64,000 nt of DNA from positions 5,551,190-5,615,189 of the forward strand of contig OZ037771.1 of assembly GCA_964035545.1 (NCBI GenBank). Reading direction: 5' to 3'. The notes under the pieces were generated by a model, which searched no databases, was not told the origin of the DNA, and saw only the letters and a list, made by a program, of their open reading frames with translations. The first letter of the stretch is position 1, and each line of letters opens with the position of its first letter. Below, piece by piece: positions 39,226-54,054 of this stretch. A program made the position numbers and the translations under genes. This DNA comes from Bugula neritina (taxonomy: Eukaryota > Animalia > Bryozoa).

Positions 39226-39934
39226 TGGAACAGCTCACAGTGGTTGATAACATGTAACAACTTTCAGCAGCAATTATAATATAAAATATAATTTTGCAGT
39301 CCTAATTTATCAAATAGCACGAACTTTTATTAATAGTTATTCTGATATCTCAAGTATAAATTGCTTACAACTATTCAATTTTAAGCAGTAAGCAGTAAAT
39401 CAAAGTAGTCAGTAGGTAGTTTAAATTTTTGTACTTATCATTGGTCAATTTATTGGGATGGATTGTGCATGCGGTGACTTAATGTGTATTCATGAAAGCA
39501 TTTTACAAGTGAAATTTGCAGTTTCCTGCAAGGTGTTATAACTTATAAGTCAAGCGTAACACATTTCTTTAACTGTTGCTAGTTAGCCTATGAATTAAAT
39601 TGATTGGTAAATATTGTTATCTCTAGCTGAACGGCCAGCTTTGATTGATGTGGCCAGAGGTATATTTTGATGACAGAAAAAAAATACTAGAAATTTATCA
39701 GGATACAAAACATTTAGATTATGCATTATTTCGCTTTAGATTAGCTCTGTAACGATGTACAATCTGCATATCATGTCTATAGAAGTTTTTTACTCTTTTA
39801 GTCACTTTCTATCTATCAATTATACATTGAAGAGCATTAGTTAGGATTAGAAGTTTAAAAGTCATTCAATGTAAAATTCATGAAGTGTTTTGCCGAATAA
39901 ACAAATTGTATTAGATATTTGAAAGTACAATAAT

Positions 39935-42900
39935 TCAGATATGATTCGAGACCTCAGATGAATGGTTACCCAGTGTTTCAACAAGTGTTTTGATAAACCC
40001 CTCCCTGTTGTGACTACCAGCAGAGGTACTGCACACACCCACAGGCCATTCCAGATGCTTCTTGTCCATAATCAGCTTTGTGAGAAGTTTAGGAAGATGA
40101 TCCAGTTGGGAGACAGAACTGATCCCAACTGTAACGACAAGTAACTCACTCGCTGGCTTCAATTTAATCAATTCAAACTCAAATTGAGTCACATCATCCT
40201 TCATGTAGTCTGGTGTGAGAAACATGACTGCTTTCCCACTCTGAGCTATGAGCTTGGCTGTTGCTAATCTTGACATTTCACCCGGTAAAGTGTTTATTTC
40301 ACTTGAGGTAATGGTAATGTTGAAACATTTGATCTCACTCAGCAACTCTAAAACAGAACAAAAACATATAGATCTGCATTGCATTTAAACTTTAGTGTAG
40401 CAAAAATGTCTGCTCATGTTCCATTAAAACATGTGTCATTAGTGCTTCTTGAAGAATACGAGTTACTTCTTATATATATATTTATGCAAATTTACCATTA
40501 CTATACAGAGTATGTGATATAATTACCAATCAGTTTGACGGTAAACCCATTTGTGTGACTGGCAAATGCCTTGCACTCTTTCAAAGTTGAAGACCCTAAT
40601 TTGTTTTGATAAAATCGAAGCAACAGACTGTGGCGATTGAGGTACATCATTGCTATCAGAAAGAGTACTAAAACTGTAGCAATTGCAGTAGCAACACTGA
40701 TAGTAACAAGCTGTTCCGATTGTCCACCAGAAGACTCTGTGCTGGTACTGACTGTTAGTGAGTCATAGTAATCACTGATTTTCATATCTAATCCGTAGCA
40801 ATAAAACTGGGAGTCACATTTAATAGCTGGAGATGTAAGCAGCCAGCGGATATAATTAACGTGAGACTCATTGTTGGAGCATAGGACAGTGTTTCCTGTG
40901 AGATCAACAAAAAAATTGTTATTTAATGATTGATTGTCAAATTCATTTCGAAATTCTTCTTCAATGTAGTGAATGCTGTTGTTTACTAAGTTAAGGTAAT
41001 TAAGTTTAAGGTTTTTAGAAATGGTGATGTTCCACCTATGAAGTTCATTGCCATGGAGATCAAGATAGGTTAAGTTCGGGTGATGAGAGAAGAAGTCAAA
41101 GTCTGAAAAATACAAAATCCCTCCTTCCTGATTTCCAAAATGAAGCTCCTCTAAAGCTGGAGCACCTCCTAAGAGCTCTCCTGTTATATCATTTCTTAAT
41201 TTTTCACCAAATTTATTTCTAGTGAACACTAAAGTTTTGACTGGGAAGTTAGTCAGAAAGTCACGAGACCACCCAACAATACTGCAGTCAATGCAAACCA
41301 GTTTGGAAAGGTATTGAAGTCCAGTAATATTGCGACATGATATAAATCCAACTTGAGAGTATGACAGAGTTATGGTTTCAAGATTATTGAGATACATTTC
41401 AATGTAGGAGCATAGTGGATTTGCTTCATTCTTTTGGAAATCTCCAGACAAGGTGAAATCGTTATAATCAATAGCTAAAGTTGTAAGATGTGCAGGGACA
41501 AAGTGAAAATTAATTTTTCCTCTGTTTAGCAATGTAGGAACAACACGATCCCAGTAATATCTTACTGTAAAATCTACAGCTTTATCGGACACATAATCGA
41601 TTCCTTGTGTTCTGAAGTAAACTGTAGCATAGTAGATCACATTTTCTTTATGTGAACATAACAATAAAGTAAAAATGTCGTATGAACATTTCTTTTGAAG
41701 ATGGTTCATAAGTCCGTTGAGAACATGGATGTCAACTATGTCAGGATTGTGAGTTACATTCCAATCAAACCTATCTTCAGTGAACAAATAACTATCTTGG
41801 TTACAATCTAGAAGATCTGGGTAATAGTTGCGTCCATCACATGAATACTCTTTAGTAATACCACGAAATGCAATGTATCGAATGAAAGGGGTCTGAAGTT
41901 CTGTGTTGTAGAACAATGCTTTGACAGATGATGGTAGCTTTTGACCTTCTGTATTACTCGATACTTGCAGAGAGGAATGGTTTAGCTCATTCTGACTAAT
42001 ATCCAGATATAGCAGTCCTTGACAGTACTCTCGCAACTTGAGGGTTTCTGGAGTTTGTATGTGGTTCGCTTGCATGGACAAAACTTGTAGTGGAATTGTA
42101 GAAAAGGGTCTGATGTCATCATTGCTGACTCCCCACCAGCAGAAATCTGTATTCTTTTCTGGAATGTTTATATGGTCAAGTAAAAGTGTATGGAGTTTAC
42201 TGTTTGCTATCCCGTTAACAATTTCAGAGAAGTGTTTTTTCAATGGATTACAGGATAGGTCAAGTCTTAGTAGAGAATTTGTAAAACTTTTTAGGAATTC
42301 CTGATTAATACTATTTACATGACAATTTCTGGCAGAGAAACGTTTCAAGGGCAAACTTGAAAGAGACCACATTGAGATGTCGGTCAACTCTGGAGTATCA
42401 CAGTCAGGCCCACCTACAAAAAATTATTATTAATTAAATTACTTGTTTATATAATACTTGGACCAGCATAAAAAAGCAGCTACTCATTCTAAACAATGTG
42501 GTAAAGGTAATAACTGGCTATAGCTTTCAGGTACACTCAGACCGCTGTTATAATGATTTCCTGAGTAAAACACGGGAGAATATTTTGATAAAGAATCTGG
42601 TGGGTTGGTTAGAAAATTTTGATCGGTTATTTGATATTTTGTGATCTTAAAAAAGAGCTTTCTGTTGTTACAGTTGAGTTTCAGAATCTACTTATTTAAC
42701 TAGAAAAAATATTAGATGAAGAAAAAAACTTTTTTAGCATGCTTAAATTATTTGCAGAATGTTATATAAAGTTTCAATTATACTGACATAAGTTTTGCAT
42801 TTTAATCTAATGAGTCCTTAAAATTTTAAAGTTTGAAGTTTTAAGTAAAATGGCCATCATTTGTTTCACTTAACAATAAAGCTATATGCAATATTTGACA

Positions 42901-45500
42901 AACGAAGTTTTAAAACTATAAATATCATAAGCTTCTCACCGTACCATGGCGCAATCAAAAATCATTGAAAGTTGAAAATATTTAGATCATTATTATTAGC
43001 AAACACAGTAAACATGTTTCACAAGCTGATTTTATTTTGTACTAGTGTAATTTAATGTAATCACACAAGGAAATCTTTAGTTAGACAACAGAAATTTAAA
43101 TTTTTATAATTATGTTGATACCAATAGCAGCAGGAGGTAGATACCATATATTTATACACATTGATGACAAAAGCTCACAGTGTGCTTTGGTTTTTGGGAG
43201 ATGTAAAAGCTGTTACTTATATTGCATTCTTAAAAATAACTTGTGTGCTCTATAACATATAGTCATCTTAAAGGTTAAAATTCTCAATTAGTTACTTTTT
43301 GAAAAATAATTGCCCCCACTGAGAATTGAACCCGAGACCTCTGGCAAGCAAGTGTCCTAACTATTACACCACGGGAACCACTGGTAAACTTAACACTATA
43401 CTTTTGATTTTATTTATTATTGCGACATATTGTTGTGTAACATAATTATATGCAAAACAGCAAAGCAATATTTTAGCAGTATTTCTGTATTGCTAAGAAA
43501 AACTCAATTTAACTTTGTTTTACAAAAATAATCTTTTTCACGGCTTAAACTAATGACACAGAAAAATAAACATATCTCTACGTTAATTACTGAACATTTT
43601 TTATGATCACACTCAATCATGATTATTTCCTTGAGCATGACTAATATTAGCACCATGTTACCTATAGCATATCCTCATAGCAACTTAATATATATTTTAC
43701 TATTAAACTTATCTATTTCAACATTTTGTGTTTATTGTCCATATAAGGCAGTTTACACTTTTTTTTACATCAACTGACACTAAACACATAAATTTAGGTT
43801 ACTCACCAATGCTCAATGTGTGTAGTCTATGAAATTCTGTAAAGACTGTGCTAAATGCTGGGGTTCCAATCAAGTAAAGTTCTTCTAGTGAGTTGTTGAG
43901 AGGAGCCAAGGCTGAATAATCAAACTCCTGAGCAGGTCTGTGACCGTCTTTCTGTTTCAGTCTACAAGTCGGGCAAACACAGTTCACACAAAGCAATTAA
44001 CTATAATGGCCATGAAAAGTTCGGCAGAAGTCTAAATTTTGGAGATTATACCAGTAATTTTTAATGACATTTAACTGGTTCTCGCTTGCAATAAAAATAA
44101 GCATATTAAGTGTTTTTATACCCCTACTAAAAGAACATGACTTAATATGTAATTTACAGAAACAGCTCTGCATCATTAGCATCAGAAATTTCTATTTATA
44201 TTGCAATTTATATGCATGCATTTTACAGACAGTTTAAGCTGAGTGATTTTAAAGGGTAATCTTCCTACAGCTAACTTTTTTTGGAAGAAGAACATTATAA
44301 TACGCTCAATTAGTACTATATACAATATCCTAATTTTGCTTAAATGTAACTTATGTTTTTTCTCTAAATATAGGAATTCTTAATAGTCTTTTTATTCTAT
44401 TTGCCGCCATTGATTTAATGAAATTATTTGCTATAAAATATGTACCTGAGTGTCTTCAGAGTTGTCAGTCCTTTGAATGAGTCTCTACTGATAGTTTCAT
44501 TAGAAAGTAGAATATTGTTGAAAGAGATGTTAAGATGTAAGAGCCGTGTATTGGAGGCAAATACGAAGGGACTAATGAATGAAATCTTGTTGTAGGAGAG
44601 ATCAAGAGATTCAAGGTCAGTGAAAGGTGAAAGGTCAGGTATGCTGTTGAGATGATTGTGATTAAGTTTGAGTACTCTGATACCAGTTGTATTGAGAGTT
44701 GGTGGTACAGAGAACTGTGTTATTTGACTATCACTACAGTCCATGACACCAGGTATATCACAGGTACATCTCTCTATCTCACAGGGTTTGCCACACTGTC
44801 TTCTTTCAACAAACTATAAAATAACGATGTGAATATGATAATTTTAGTTACCTAAGATGGTACATGATGAAAAAAGCAAAAATAATTTTAGAATTTGGCA
44901 TAGAATTTATGTTCATGTCTGACCCTTTCTCAGATTTATTACTATTCATTGAAATCGTTACTTCCTTGTACTTTATTGAAATACGTAATCTGTGTAACCA
45001 TAGAAACAGTATTTTACTAGCAGCCAACTTTTAAACTGTTTCCAAAGACTTTTGGTTCAGGTGTATGAGTTTCAAAACACAGTTTAATTGTTTGTATTAA
45101 ACAAAGATATTGCATCATATGTTACAAAGCTGCAATATTCTAGTGCTATACCATTAATTTATCTTACGCAAACAAGCAAAAAATGTAAAAGATATCTAAA
45201 TGGTTTATTACAGTAAATATTATAATCACCAGTAATTCAACCTTCAATAATTTGGAAATTCTAATCAAAAGTAGTAATGGTGGTGTCTTCAAATTGATAT
45301 TAACTAGTAGAAGGAAAAGGAATATAAAGAATCGACTATTTATCTACTTGTGAACTCTTAACATTTGTATAGACTAGCATTTATTGGTAATACCTAAGCT
45401 ATATGTTACTTCTATATAGTTAATTCATCTAATTGGATTATTTTCTACACTCAGTAGTTGAGAGTAGTTTTACCTTTTTTTAGTTTACACCACACACACA

Positions 45501-45551
<51 letters not shown>

Positions 45552-45981
45552 ACACACACACGCATACACACAACACACACACACACACACGCATAACACC
45601 ACACACAACACACTTAACACTAAGCACTAAGCACACACCACACACCACACACCACACACACACAAGCACTAAGCACACACGCGCACACACACACAAATAC
45701 ATTATATACACAAGCACACAGATGCAGTAAAATAACATACTAAATTTTTTAAGTGCACAGATATAGTAGCTCTAAATAATAACGCAGGTACTGCAGGTAT
45801 TTAGGCAAACACTGCTGCTAGCCATGAAGAAGAGAATACATAACGTTATCTAATATATAGCTTTTTCTCAAATTATATATATAGTACTTGAACTTACCTG
45901 GCTATGTACTCGACAAATATTACAAAGTAAAAACAGCAACAATGTATATGCATAGCACAGTCTGTAAACACAGCCACCCAT
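39935..45981 (-). CDS. Toll-like receptor copy 3, ~968 aa; exons 45981-45898, 44813-44446, 43961-43807, 42413-40527, 40347-39935
   Basis: Exon sizes 84/368/155/1887/413, GT/AG, open frame; LRR-TM-TIR. Confidence 0.93.
43312..43376 (-). repeat. tRNA-derived fragment (pseudo-tRNA/SINE head) in TLR3 intron 3
   Basis: Homolog of 59855-59920 with a mutated B box. Confidence 0.5.
45486..45695 (+). repeat. Imperfect (CA)n microsatellite in TLR3 intron 1
   Basis: Directly visible. Confidence 0.95.
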
Positions 45982-48746
45982 GGTGACAGCTAGTTGATAA
46001 ATGATGAGCATGTGCTCATAGTTTAGCCATGTGGTTGTCTAAATAGCTTAAGCATCTGTTTCCTTGTTTCCTTGTTAAAATAACTGCTATTTCTTAGTGA
46101 GAAACTGGTTTTGCTTTATCAAAAAAATATTCAATAAGAATTTAATTGGATCAAAACCAGATGCACTGCTTTAGCTACTCTTTGTCGTGGTTGCTACTGT
46201 ATTTTTTGATGTTTATTATGCAGTTATATTATAGCAACGACAATATAGATTAGACAGCATAATAATAAAGGACTGTATTTATTCAAACGCAAGAATGTGA
46301 CAAGTAAAACTTTGAGATGCAACTGCAAAAAGGTTAGCTAGTTAGCTGGTCTAGTTTAAATATAAATTGCTGCTGTAGCTATAGCATTCATATAGTGATA
46401 CCAAACAAGATCTCTATACACTGTATGATTTTATACTTTTAATATGATTAGGTAATTAGTAATTTTTACTGCATTATCAATAATGTCATCGTCTGAACAA
46501 CAAGCAAACGGCTATCAGTTTGCAATATATTATAATATAGTATAATATATATTTTGCTTATAATACCAATTTACAATATCATCATTTAACAATAAATTAA
46601 AGAATAGAAGCTCTTATAATAAGTGTTGAAGCAATGACATGGCTGTTACCGAATTGGCATTAAAAATGAATTTCAGAAATTAACAGCGCTGTTTAAAACC
46701 ATACTTTTCCTTTATTTGAATGCTAAAATAGCACTAATCAATAATGTACTTTATTTAAAATTAGTTATTATTACGAGATTATATTCTTCTTGAAATATAG
46801 GAAACATTTGAAGCAACAATTTTATAATATGCAGTTATCCTCAAGCATGATATCGTCATTTTTAAAATTAGGTATGATCTTAGCATATAAATAAATGGAT
46901 ACAATTTGAGCTTATTTGTCAACAACAATTTTTTTTTTTGGTTGATTTTGCAAAAAGAGTTGCACTCTACTTTAATTTTTCTGCGAGATTTAACAATTTC
47001 CTTCACACCCATGACTGCAGATGCAGTAAATGATTATTGTATAAACAGAGCTAGTGGTTGTTAGCATCATGGATTACCATATGTTAAACTTACATGACCT
47101 TAAATATAGACAATTATAGACAATAGCTGTAATGCAGTACAAATAATATTACTCTGACTACTGGAGCAGTTATACTGGAAGTCTGTGGACAAGTAAATCA
47201 AAGCCTTTGCAACTTAGTGATGCATGAATAATTCATTCACTATCAAATTACTGTATATAGTAGATAATGTCAAATAAAACATGGGAGACAACTATCAATC
47301 TACTGTAAAAAAGTCAAACATGCTGCTAAAGGTTTTTCTCAAATCTATGAGCTATCTAGACTTCCATGGCTCACAAGTGCAAATACCATTAGCAATACTT
47401 CAATCTATGCACTGATACTAATAATTGCGGAATGGCTGTTCACTGTTGTGTATAAGTTTGATAATAAATCTGCCTACTTGAATGCTCTTATAGGTAAAAA
47501 AACATTTACGTAAAATAACCACCAGGAAAAATACCATTGCTAGTTTTTGACAAACGTATGACTATAATCACCTCTTTGGATTATTTTGTCAAGGGAAAAT
47601 GAATATAATTAGCATACAGTTTTTGAGGAAATAGAAACAGTTTCTTAAGCTAAAACCTATTATACGCAGCCGAGTAAAATGAACTGTTAACGAAAACCAA
47701 TTCCACTAAATATTGCATATCAAGCAGCAAAAAATTGTAACTATACCGACAATGGATCAGTTGTCAAAAGCCATGAATAATAATTTTAGTATTGCTGCGT
47801 GAAGGCTAGACAAGAAAATGTTTTCCAGTAACTACCATATAGTGGATCTATTTATAGATAATTGGTTAGGTGCTAGAAGTAACAGATAACAATTTGGGGT
47901 TCAAGTTCTTACAGAACACAATACATGTTTTGTAATCTATTGTACTCCTAGGCTGATGGTTCACATCGCAAAGGTTTGTAGAAAAATATGGCTGTTTTTA
48001 GCAACACACATAAACTTCTAACAGATCAAAAATATTTGTCTCCGACGTTTATAACTGCCAGCTGCAACAGACAGTTTTTATAAATGAAAATGTTTCAATG
48101 TAGACAGACTTATACACTGTAGATTATTTTTTATTTCATCTTATAACAAAATGCAGCTTGAATTGTGTGATTATCCAGATAACATGAGGTCTATCACAGT
48201 TATATTCTCTTGTTTTAGAATGCAGATTGAAAACATTTGTAATTTTGCTAAAGTGAAAAAATTTAGAAATTAGGTCAAAAAGCAGATGAAAAATTAAGCT
48301 TTATATTACCCACTAGCATAAAAGAGCAACTGCATTGAATAGCTGGCAAGAGGCACAGAAGTTGTATTGCTCATATTTAGGTTAGCGAGTTATTTTAGCA
48401 ACTAATAATGCATTACATAAAGGAAATATTATAAACTAAGGAGAACAGGTTTTTTGTAAACATAAATATTGTTACCATGGTTGCGCCACTTGACAATACT
48501 ATATAATTATAATATAGCAATAAAATCATAGATGAATTGATAACTGTTTCATAATGCATCCATTACTATTGTAGTATTATCACTAGTTCTAAATCTATAC
48601 AAGTTATTATAATGTATAATTATTGCACTTTAGCAACACAGTCATGCATGTCATTAAGTGCGTTGTATACCAGAATATGCAGCTTGCAGTACATTACAGA
48701 GACTAACTACTTAACTTTTACATTAATATGTCTATTTATTCTCCAA

Positions 48747-49448
48747 GTTAAACTTTGTCCAGGGTGTTGAAGACACTTATAGGATCAGAACGTCTCATAT
48801 TGTTGTAGTGGTGGTGAAATGCACACAGTCTATATATAACACGATGACGGAAAACAGCTATTACAGAAAACAAAACGATTAAAATGAGGTTTTTCTGTGA
48901 AATCTCTTTTGTCCCAGTAAAGCTAGAAAGTTTTTCAACTTCACTTGAGATAATTGATGTCGTCGGATTGTTGTAAAATAATTGTTATCTTCCGTTGTTT
49001 TCAAAGTGATAATTGGTGTAGAGTCAGAACTTTTGCTCTTATAATCAAAGTTTTGTCACAAACTTTTTGAAAAATGTTTTAGATACAAAACAAAACTATT
49101 GTTTGGGGCTGAGTAGGGGCTGAGGCTTGGTGTGCCTGTAATAAACAGCTCCTCTAAAGATTTGTGTAGCGGGTATAACTCGGAATAGGCATAGCAATGT
49201 GCTGGTAAGTAGTTCTGCTTCATTCTGTAACCACATGGTGCAACATGTGAGACAAATTGATTTTGTAGAGAGCTGTGGCTAGTCATTCTAAGACAGGCCA
49301 AGTAATATAGGTGGTGCTGCTGCTTATAGGAAAGGAGCAGCAGCAACTGGGTAGCAGTGCTTACTATTGCCGTAGATATGCCTACAGAGCAAAAGATCAT
49401 GCTAAGCAGCACAATGTGCCTTATAGTCTGATTGGTGTTGCAACTCAT
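48747..49448 (-). pseudogene. Second copy of the decayed TLR-like pseudogene
   Basis: Paralog of 34844-35568; the 130-aa ORF reads from the signal exon through to the exon-3 homolog; the TM segment carries a ~23-bp deletion. Confidence 0.65.
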
Positions 49449-50166
49449 TAGGGTTAAGTTTCTCCTTTTTTATTAGTTTCATGTTTTTTAGTACTTGTCA
49501 TTTTTGTTATTGATTACTATTTAATTCACTATTCCTATAATCCTATAGCAATTATATGTACTGAATACTGGTATTTCGGCACTACTATGAGTTATTAGAC
49601 ATAGCCAGTTTTTCTTCTGAGCGTTTATATTTGGGACCAGCCGAGGTGGCGCAGGAATAGCGATGATTCAAGATAACAGTAGAATCTCAGAGGTGCTTTG
49701 GCTACAGATTGCCAAGTTCTATTTTCATTTCAAGGTCATGTTACGTTATTTAGTAAACATAAGCAAATCACGGTCAAAAATTAAAGTTTGCTGAAATTCA
49801 TAAAAACTTACTATATGTTGAGTAATTCTATCTAAATATAATGCATAGCAAAAACAGACTGCAACATTAAAAAGTGAAGTCATGTCATATGAGCTAAATA
49901 CATACTATCTTATATACAGGCCGTTATGCAAAAATTCATTATGTTCTGTATATCCAAAATTTACTAAAAAGTTGAGAAAAAGCATAAAAAATTGAGCAAA
50001 ATTAGAAAAAGATCCTTTGATTATTTGATTGCATTTGTTTGTATTTTAATAATTTAGGACAAAAGATTATATACATTAGCAAATAAATTGTGAAATATAG
50101 CTAAAACTAGACATATATCGAGTGTGTAGTGAATTAAGTAAAATGACCCTTTAACTATTATGTTTC

Positions 50167-50167
<1 letters not shown>

Positions 50168-50241
<74 letters not shown>
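50168..50241 (+). repeat. (TA)n microsatellite
   Basis: ~37 units here versus ~9 at the paralogous site 36289-36306. Confidence 0.95.
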
Positions 50242-50243
<2 letters not shown>

Positions 50244-50399
50244 CTGTAATTGTTATAATAGTCTGATTAAAAAAATGGTAGTTGAAAGTTGAAATGTTTT
50301 TGTTTAGCAAAAGTTTTAGCATTCATAGCCTATAATCATAATTATACTTAAAAACTGAGAAAAAAGAAAAATATATTTGTTTTAGTGTTGGTAAAGTAT

Positions 50400-53096
50400 A
50401 AGGTGCCTACTCTTAGGCCGGAGCCAGGAGGTATAGGATGCGGTGCTGCTTCAAATCATGCAAGCTTATCGCAGCAGACCACACTCCAGCACGCAAAAGA
50501 TCCCACACTTCTTGATGCTCGGCGGGGGATACGGGTTCTGGATCACCTGACGTACTATGTTCCAGCTCCCGAGTCCCCAGTACATGAGTACTTAGAAAAG
50601 TTGGTGGAGATCATGGAGCAAGCACATGATGCACTGTGAGAGAAGCCGCCTGTACTAAGTCGGGGTCTGGGTTTGGATGGTGAGCTATCATAGGGAAGGC
50701 GGACAGTCGGCTAAGCTTCAGCCCAAGTTTGCGGGTTCCTACTGTGTGGTGGAGGTGCAGACTAACCACATGTATCATGCGAAATGCTGGGGGCAGGTTT
50801 CAGTCTAGAGTGAGCAGCGCCTAAAGCCTTACCAGCCAGTCCAAATGTAGTAGGACACGCTCCACCAATCCTGGAGCTCAATCGCCAACCCAACACTCGA
50901 GGGAAAGTGACCCGACCCAGGGAGGTAGAGATCTCTGTTTGTAGGAGGCCGAAGCCTGACCCTGAGCTGGAGCCAACCCTCAACTTGACCATCTAGAGTA
51001 ACAAGCTCCAGGGCCAGCACCCCCATTAGTGGAGGACATCCCCACTCCCATCCCCACCCACGTAACACCTGAAGAGCCACTGAGAGTACAAGAGCTAGTC
51101 ACCCTGGAAGGAAGCCAGAGGACCAGGAAGCCACCTAGATATCTGGCTGATAGTACGCCCAGTACAGGCAATTATCCCAATACCCTACTTGTTTCCTTGG
51201 CTTCATCTCCTGCCTCAGCTCCTGATTGCTTTAGTTTATCGGCAGCCGTACCTCTCGATAAGTGGGGGGAGTGTAAAGATTTGCGGACTAATCAGAAGCT
51301 ACGCAATCCTCAGACTACGCATTGCTACGCTAGCGTAGACACATAGTTAATTCTGATACGCTACGCTAACTTCCATCCTTTAGCTAGTAATCATCCCCTG
51401 GAGCATTGACTAATGATCACCTGATCATTCTTTGTATTGCATCAGCTGTGCACTTATAAAATGACAATGATGCGCCAGCCCCACGTTGCCTTACTCCCTG
51501 TTCACACATTGCCGTATCCTACGCCGTAACAGCAAATTTTCGTCATCTTTGATAACATTCGGGCTGAATTGTATTTTGGTATATGCTGCGGTGTTGATCA
51601 AGCAGTGCTTGATTAAAAAAATTATGGCGGGCTCCCATTGGGTAGAGTTGATCTGGTACTAAAATTTAAAGAATATTTTTGCTAGTTTATTTTAATTGCT
51701 TATTGTTGATTTAATTAACCAATTCAAAAGTTTTAAAGGATTAAAAAATCTTTATCCGGCTTGTTTGAATTAAACTTGGCTTAAAAATCTAGTTTTCCCT
51801 TATCACAAAAGCACGCAAACCAAAAACTTGAAAATATTTATTATTCAAAGTAGTTTGCAAAATTATTTTAAGGACAAATATATTTAAAAAAGGGATTGTT
51901 TCCTTTTAATTGCTTTTATTTAGTCAATAGCGTTTGTAGCAAAATTAGCGCTAGCTTGCTTGGCTATTTTGGCTATATTACAAACGTACTAAGAAAAGCT
52001 TTTTACAGCACAGCTAGTGCTAACTAAAAGACCTCTGGCACTTGGCAATAGTTGGTGCAAGTGGACTAGCGCTAATTTCACTACAGCATTTATATAACTT
52101 CTTTTGAAAAGAATGTTGCAAATAATTTGTGAATAGTATCCTAAGGCGTACAAGTCACCGCAGACAAAAATTAGCCTCATTATGATTGGTCACAGCTCAA
52201 CGTCGCGCGTTTTACTTTTTGTCAATGTGTGAATGCCTGTTGACAAAACGTAACAGCGGTGCCATGTTGTTTGTGATGCTACGAGAGGGGGGGGGTTGAG
52301 TGGAGCCGGCTGAGTGGCTTGTGCTAAAGTTAGTAATTATGTAACATTTTTTTTGTGCCGTCTTTCTCACTCCTATATTATTCATATGCAATAAACGCTA
52401 TCTATAATACTGTGGTAAATATCAAATTTATCCCCCTTGACACATTACTTATGACTATTTTTCTAAATACTGTAGTTATAGCTAAGTCTGTGACGTAACT
52501 TTCTAATACATTAAATGCTATGGCTATTGTTAAGCTTTTAGCATAGTAAATAGTAATTAATCCCTTTTCCCCAATTACAAGTTACAATACGCATACACTT
52601 GGTTGAGTTCATTTTTTATTCATGTAAACCAACAGTTGGACCGAGTTCGGCAGGTGGATGCCGACATTGGGTCTGTCGTTTACCGACATGATCAGTGTCA
52701 GTTACCGGCATGACGAATGTCGCCATTTTCTGCCGAATGTCGCCATTTTCTGCCGAATGTCGCCATTTTTTTGCCGAATGTCGGCCCGCTGTCGGTGGAA
52801 GGTTCTAGAAGTCCTTTGTTCTACTAGTATAAAAGAACACGCATTTTCGAGCTTCAGTCACTTAAAGACTGGAGCCCGGACTAGATACATCTCATATACA
52901 ATAAAGGATACCGTACACACACGAATTCAACACTCCCTCTTGTCTCTTAAATAACAAGGGGTTATGTTCTCTGCCTGATTTAATTCTATAACCCACAAAA
53001 CTACTACAATACTCGCTACTCATGGGTTATTGATCTGCATCGCACCTAGTCTCAATTACCCACACACTGTGAACCCTATAATTCACAACAATAACA
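50400..53096 (+). mobile_element. Duplicate of the truncated Gypsy remnant (LTR 51272-53096)
   Basis: Near-identical to 36490-39225 with the same flanks, so it was duplicated with the unit. Confidence 0.8.
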
Positions 53097-53217
53097 TGAA
53101 ACAGCTCTCAGTGGTTGATAACATGGAACAACTTTCAGCAGCAATTACAATATAAAATATAATTTTGCAGTCCTAATTTATCAAATAGCACCAACTTTTA
53201 TTAATAGTTATTCTGAT

Positions 53218-53345
53218 TGTAGTGTTAACCTACCAGGCTAAGCTCTAGCTCCAAAGTGTTCCTTGTTGGCTTTCCTTCGGCTATCACTTGTCAGTAGCTT
53301 TAGTACTTGTTAGCTTGTAGCTTGTCAACATCAGATCATCTTACA
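53218..53345 (-). repeat. 3' LTR
   Basis: Identical to 55753-55880; adjoins PPT GTAAGGAGGGAGCA on the - strand. Confidence 0.95.
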
Positions 53346-54054
53346 TGCTCCCTCCTTACAAAAGAGAAGCAGGGCACAAGAGCACATTTTCAGAATACCA
53401 GAACACATATCTATATTATCATCATCATGATGCTAATAATTCTACATGCCCTTTTCTTTTAAAAGAGAAGTGCAATCAATTCAAACAAAACTAGCTTTCA
53501 ACTAATGCCCTTGAATACTTAAACTTATTATGAAGTGGTTCAAAGTGGCTCAGTCCTAGATGTCGAATCCCACCTCCTCTCATTGCTAGCACTGTTGGGA
53601 AGAACAATGCCAAATTTGACATTTATCATATTATCTGAAAGTGAAGTAGCAGCAAGGGTCAAGGCTGACTTCTCTTGCTAGCTTGCAGAGTCTTCTATGA
53701 GTTAAACTAAGGAACTCACAGGAGCAGACAACATTAGTGGCAATGTTGATGATGTCATGTCAGTACTGAGGTCAAACCTCACATTTATCATATTATCTGA
53801 AAGTGAGATGTCGAGGGTCTGCATATAGACTACACTCGGCTCACACCCCGTGAAGCAACAGCGAGGGTCACAACTGACTTCTCTCGTCGGCTTACAGAGT
53901 CTTCCATGAGTTAAACTCACGGGAGCAGACAACATTGTTGGTAACTGCTTCTGCCTGTCATTCCATAGTATTCCACTGCAATAATGTGTTTATATCATTA
54001 CAGTGAACATCAATACACTTTTCCATATCTACAACACACATGTATCATTTTATA

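Noticed and set aside
46779-47012. 77-aa ORF repeated at 63436-63669
   Set aside because: The paralog at ~32890-33124 has an early stop; no motif; conservation is explained by recent duplication.
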